A DNA stretch of 64,000 bases, taken from NCBI GenBank assembly GCA_050173015.1, contig JBFXLE010000019.1, positions 21,730 through 85,729 of the forward strand, read 5' to 3'. Below, one piece after another: positions 61,193 through 64,000 of this stretch. Both the position numbers and the translations under genes were made by a program. The stretch comes from Calditrichaceae bacterium. Its GTDB lineage: Bacteria > Calditrichota > Calditrichia > Calditrichales > JBFXGD01. The notes below the pieces were generated by a model that saw only the letters and a list, made by a program, of their open reading frames with translations, searched no databases and was not told the origin of the DNA. Position 1 is the first letter of the stretch. The number at the start of each line of letters is the position of its first letter.

Positions 61193-62140
61193 TCAATTGG
61201 CTATAATTCTTGTTCCGGATTTTCCTTTCAGAGCATCACTTACCTTTTCTATTGATGTAATCAACACTTCTGAGCCGCCCTGTTCTATAAAATCAACCGC
61301 TGCTCTAATTTTTGGTCCCATGCTCCCTTTTGGAAATTCACCGGCTTCAAGATATTTTTTTGCGTCCCTTACGGTGAGCTCAGAGAGATCTTCTTGTTCG
61401 GGAGTTCCGAATTTTATGGCGACACGGTCAACACCGGTCAAAATCACCAGTTTTTCGGCGCCGATTTCGGCGGCAAGAACCGCAGAAGCCAAATCTTTAT
61501 CAATTACGCCGTCAACCCCTTCAAGCCAGCCCCGTTCGTCATAATACACCGGAATGCCACCGCCGCCCGCCGCAATAACGATGATTCCCTGATTTACCAT
61601 CATTTTAATAATGTCTTTTTCAACAATCCCTTTTGGCACGGGTGAAGACACGACCCGGCGGTATCCCCTGCCCTTATCCTCTTTTATGGTCCATCCGCGT
61701 TCTTTTTCAAGATCCGCGACCTGCTCTTTCTTGTAAAACGGACCTACATATTTTGTAGGATCAAGAATGGAAGGATCATCTTTATCCACGATAACCTGTG
61801 TGAGAATGGTAGTGACTTTTCGATCAACACCGTGATCATGCATTTTATTCATCAGGCATTGCTCAATCATGTAGCCCATGCCACCTTCCAGATCCGCAAC
61901 GATGATTCCCAGAGGAAGCGGCGGAACCAGGTGTCGTGTTTCCTCAACACGGATCAACGCGTTTCCTACCTGCGGGCCGTTTCCATGTGTAATAACAACA
62001 TTATAACCCTGCTTCAAGAACTCAATAACACTCACAAGGCTTCTTCTCGTGTTTTCAAATTGCTGTGTGATATTCCCTTCTTCAAATTCACGAGAAATAG
62101 CATTACCCCCAAGCGCGACTACAACGGTTTTCTTTTCCAT
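61193..62140 (-). CDS. arcC: Carbamate kinase
   Basis: VALGGNA, THGNGPQVG, PTKYVGP, RRVVSSP, GGGGIPV, VIDKD, GSMGPK. Confidence 0.97.
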   Translation of the reverse strand: MEKKTVVVALGGNAISREFEEGNITQQFENTRRSLVSVIEFLKQGYNVVITHGNGPQVGNALIRVEETRHLVPPLPLGIIVADLEGGMGYMIEQCLMNKMHDHGVDRKVTTILTQVIVDKDDPSILDPTKYVGPFYKKEQVADLEKERGWTIKEDKGRGYRRVVSSPVPKGIVEKDIIKMMVNQGIIVIAAGGGGIPVYYDERGWLEGVDGVIDKDLASAVLAAEIGAEKLVILTGVDRVAIKFGTPEQEDLSELTVRDAKKYLEAGEFPKGSMGPKIRAAVDFIEQGGSEVLITSIEKVSDALKGKSGTRIIAN

Positions 62141-62149
62141 TCATTCTCC

Positions 62150-62189
62150 AAAAAATAAAAGAGTTCCCACCATAAACAGGCAGGAACTC
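62150..62189 (-). terminator. Intrinsic terminator between arcE-like gene and arcC
   Basis: Minus strand GAGTTCCTGCC-tgtttat-GGTGGGAACTC (11-bp stem with two G-U pairs) followed by TTTTATTTTTT. Confidence 0.7.
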
Positions 62190-62218
62190 GTGTTTATTAT
62201 TACTGAATAATACGCATA

Positions 62219-63532
62219 TTAGAGTAATTTCTGCAACACATCGCTTAAATCGGGTTTACCGATTTCCTGAAGTTCATATGTAACACGCAATGCAGGTTTA
62301 TTTATTTTTACCAGCTTACGCAGATCGATCGGCGTACCAATGATGACGAGATCACAATCCGTATTATTAATCGTTTCTTCCAGATCTTTTATCTGCTGAT
62401 CGCCATATCCCATCGCCGGTAACAGTTCACCAATCTCCGGATATTTTTCAAAAGTTTCGGTAATCGTGCCAACGGTGTATGGACGAGGATCAACAAGTTC
62501 GGCAGCTCCAAATTTTTCCGCCGCTACAATACCCGCGCCATAAGTCATTTCGCCGTGAGTTAAGGTCGGCCCGTCCTCAACAACAAGAACACGCTTTCCT
62601 TTTATTTGCTTATAATCCGTAACGAATATCGGGGAAGCGCCGTCAATGACGACCGCATTCGGATTTGCTTCCTGAATATTTTGCCGGACTTCAAGAATAT
62701 TTTCTGAATCCGCGGAATCTATTTTATTGATTACCACCACATCCGCCGCGCGTAAATTTGCCTCTCCGGGATAATAGTATAACTCATCACCGGGCCGATG
62801 AGGATCAACTACGGTTATCAGAATATCATGTTTGTAGAACGAAAGATCATTATTGCCGCCGTCCCATAGAATGATATCCGCTTCTTTTTCGGCTTCGCGA
62901 AGGATGGCTTCATAATCGACACCGGCGTAGATGATGGTCCCGGCGACGATATGCGGTTCGTATTCTTCTCTCTCTTCAATCGTGCATTTGTGTTTATCAA
63001 GGTCAGATAGCTGTGCAAATCGTTGCACTTTTTGCTCAATTAAATTCCCGTACGGCATCGGATGGCGAATAGCGACAACTTTTTTACCGGCAGCCTGCAA
63101 AATCTCAGCGACTTTACGGGTTGTCTGACTTTTTCCGCAACCGGTGCGAACCGCGCAAACCGCGACGACCGGTTTGGTGCTTTTTATCTGAGTATGTTTT
63201 GGCCCCATCAGCTTAAAATCAGCTCCGGCCGCGTTTACGATTGCTGAACGACTCATCAGGTAGTCGTACGGAACATCACTGTAGGAGAAAACCACTTCAT
63301 CCACATCAAACTCCCTGATCAGATTTACCAGATCTGACTCAGGATAAATTTTGATTCCGTCAGGATATAAAGAACCCGCGAGTTTTGCAGGATATTTACG
63401 ATCATCGATATTCGGGATTTGTGTAGCAGTAAAGGCAACTACTTCATACATTTCATTATCTCTGAAAAAAGTATTGAAATTATGAAAATCACGTCCGGCT
63501 GCACCCATGATAATAATCTTTGTGCGCTCCAT
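62219..63532 (-). CDS. arcE: COG2403 P-loop protein (cDPG-synthetase-like 'GTPase'), probable arginine synthetase ArcE
   Basis: MGAAGRDFHNFN, FTATQIP, P-loop AVRTGCGKSQT, RHPMPYG, TIEEREEYE, WDGGNND, VEDGPTLTHG, LPAMGY; directly upstream of carbamate kinase. Family call is firm; function is inferred from context. Confidence 0.75.
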   Translation of the reverse strand: MERTKIIIMGAAGRDFHNFNTFFRDNEMYEVVAFTATQIPNIDDRKYPAKLAGSLYPDGIKIYPESDLVNLIREFDVDEVVFSYSDVPYDYLMSRSAIVNAAGADFKLMGPKHTQIKSTKPVVAVCAVRTGCGKSQTTRKVAEILQAAGKKVVAIRHPMPYGNLIEQKVQRFAQLSDLDKHKCTIEEREEYEPHIVAGTIIYAGVDYEAILREAEKEADIILWDGGNNDLSFYKHDILITVVDPHRPGDELYYYPGEANLRAADVVVINKIDSADSENILEVRQNIQEANPNAVVIDGASPIFVTDYKQIKGKRVLVVEDGPTLTHGEMTYGAGIVAAEKFGAAELVDPRPYTVGTITETFEKYPEIGELLPAMGYGDQQIKDLEETINNTDCDLVIIGTPIDLRKLVKINKPALRVTYELQEIGKPDLSDVLQKLL

Positions 63533-63976
63533 CTGAACCTCCTCGCTTTTATTAATTATTTCTGAAAACTATATTCTTAGAATAAATATTTACCCGATTT
63601 TCCGAAAATTCCTGACATTGCAAGTTTGCTTATAAACCATTAAGAATAAACGAAATAAAATATAGTATGGCTAATTTATAAATGCAATACGAATAATAGG
63701 TTTTTTTAGGCCATCTAAAGATCTGTATTTATTAAACTTATGTGTACATATTTTATATATGCAAAAGTATAAATAATTATACTTTTTTTATCGTATATCA
63801 TTTATTATCAATACTTTAACAGCTTTTACCGGACGATTGGATATATTGCCGCAAAATTATTTCTATTCTTTATCTAACCTGAATAATTCATAAAAAAAGC
63901 TGTTTTCTCTAACAAGTAATTGTTTTATATTGTTTTAGCGAAACAAAAAAACAAAAACTAAATTAGAGAAACAGCT

Positions 63977-64000
63977 ATGGATAAAAGTACAAATCAAATG
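63977..64000 (+). CDS. Possible start of a divergent gene cut by the window edge
   Basis: ATG GAT AAA AGT ACA AAT CAA ATG after an AG-rich stretch at the end of a 440-bp AT-rich intergenic region. Confidence 0.25.

Noticed and set aside
62219-63532. Annotation as cyclic 2,3-diphosphoglycerate synthetase or generic GTPase
   Set aside because: No 2-phosphoglycerate kinase is adjacent and the neighbour is carbamate kinase, which fits the arginine synthetase branch better.
63533-63976. ARG boxes or sigma-54 promoter upstream of arcE (e.g. TGAATAATTCA near 63880; TGGC...TGC near 63668)
   Set aside because: Half-site spacing does not fit the ARG-box or -24/-12 consensus, and such matches are expected in very AT-rich DNA.

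Overview
A 64-kb, gene-dense bacterial chromosomal window of moderately low GC. I found no rRNA, tRNA, CRISPR array, integrase or transposase. PorU-like sortase, Reg_prop/Y_Y_Y sensor, Gln after several signal peptides and clear Shine-Dalgarno sites suggest an FCB-group, non-Bacteroidia lineage such as Calditrichota/KSB1 (inference only). Left half: truncated PAS-sigma54 activator; ECF sigma / Zn-finger anti-sigma / YbjQ module; SDR; eno-ftsB-unknown outer-membrane barrel-porU; a 1517-aa hybrid sensor kinase; MoxR; then rlmN-adk-lipoprotein followed by a partner-switching cluster with no sigma factor (three GAF-PP2C phosphatases, one STAS protein, one RsbW kinase) and a REC-GGDEF cyclase. Right half, one ~35-kb minus-strand run: arginine synthetase-like arcE, arcC, sucCD, ndk, hbd, ackA; the yceD-rpmF-plsX-fab-rnc operon; a surface polysaccharide locus; then serS, class II aldolase, plsC and upp. 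Best leads: (1) two adjacent glycan-initiation fusion proteins (WecA-type and GT2), each carrying a WcaJ-like module that has lost the catalytic Asp-Glu dyad; (2) the ArcE/ArcC pair heading a run of substrate-level phosphorylation enzymes; (3) the sigma-less three-phosphatase switch next to a diguanylate cyclase; (4) a cytidylyltransferase-HAD fusion resembling a CDP-2-glycerol pathway whose TagF-like transferase has an internal deletion.
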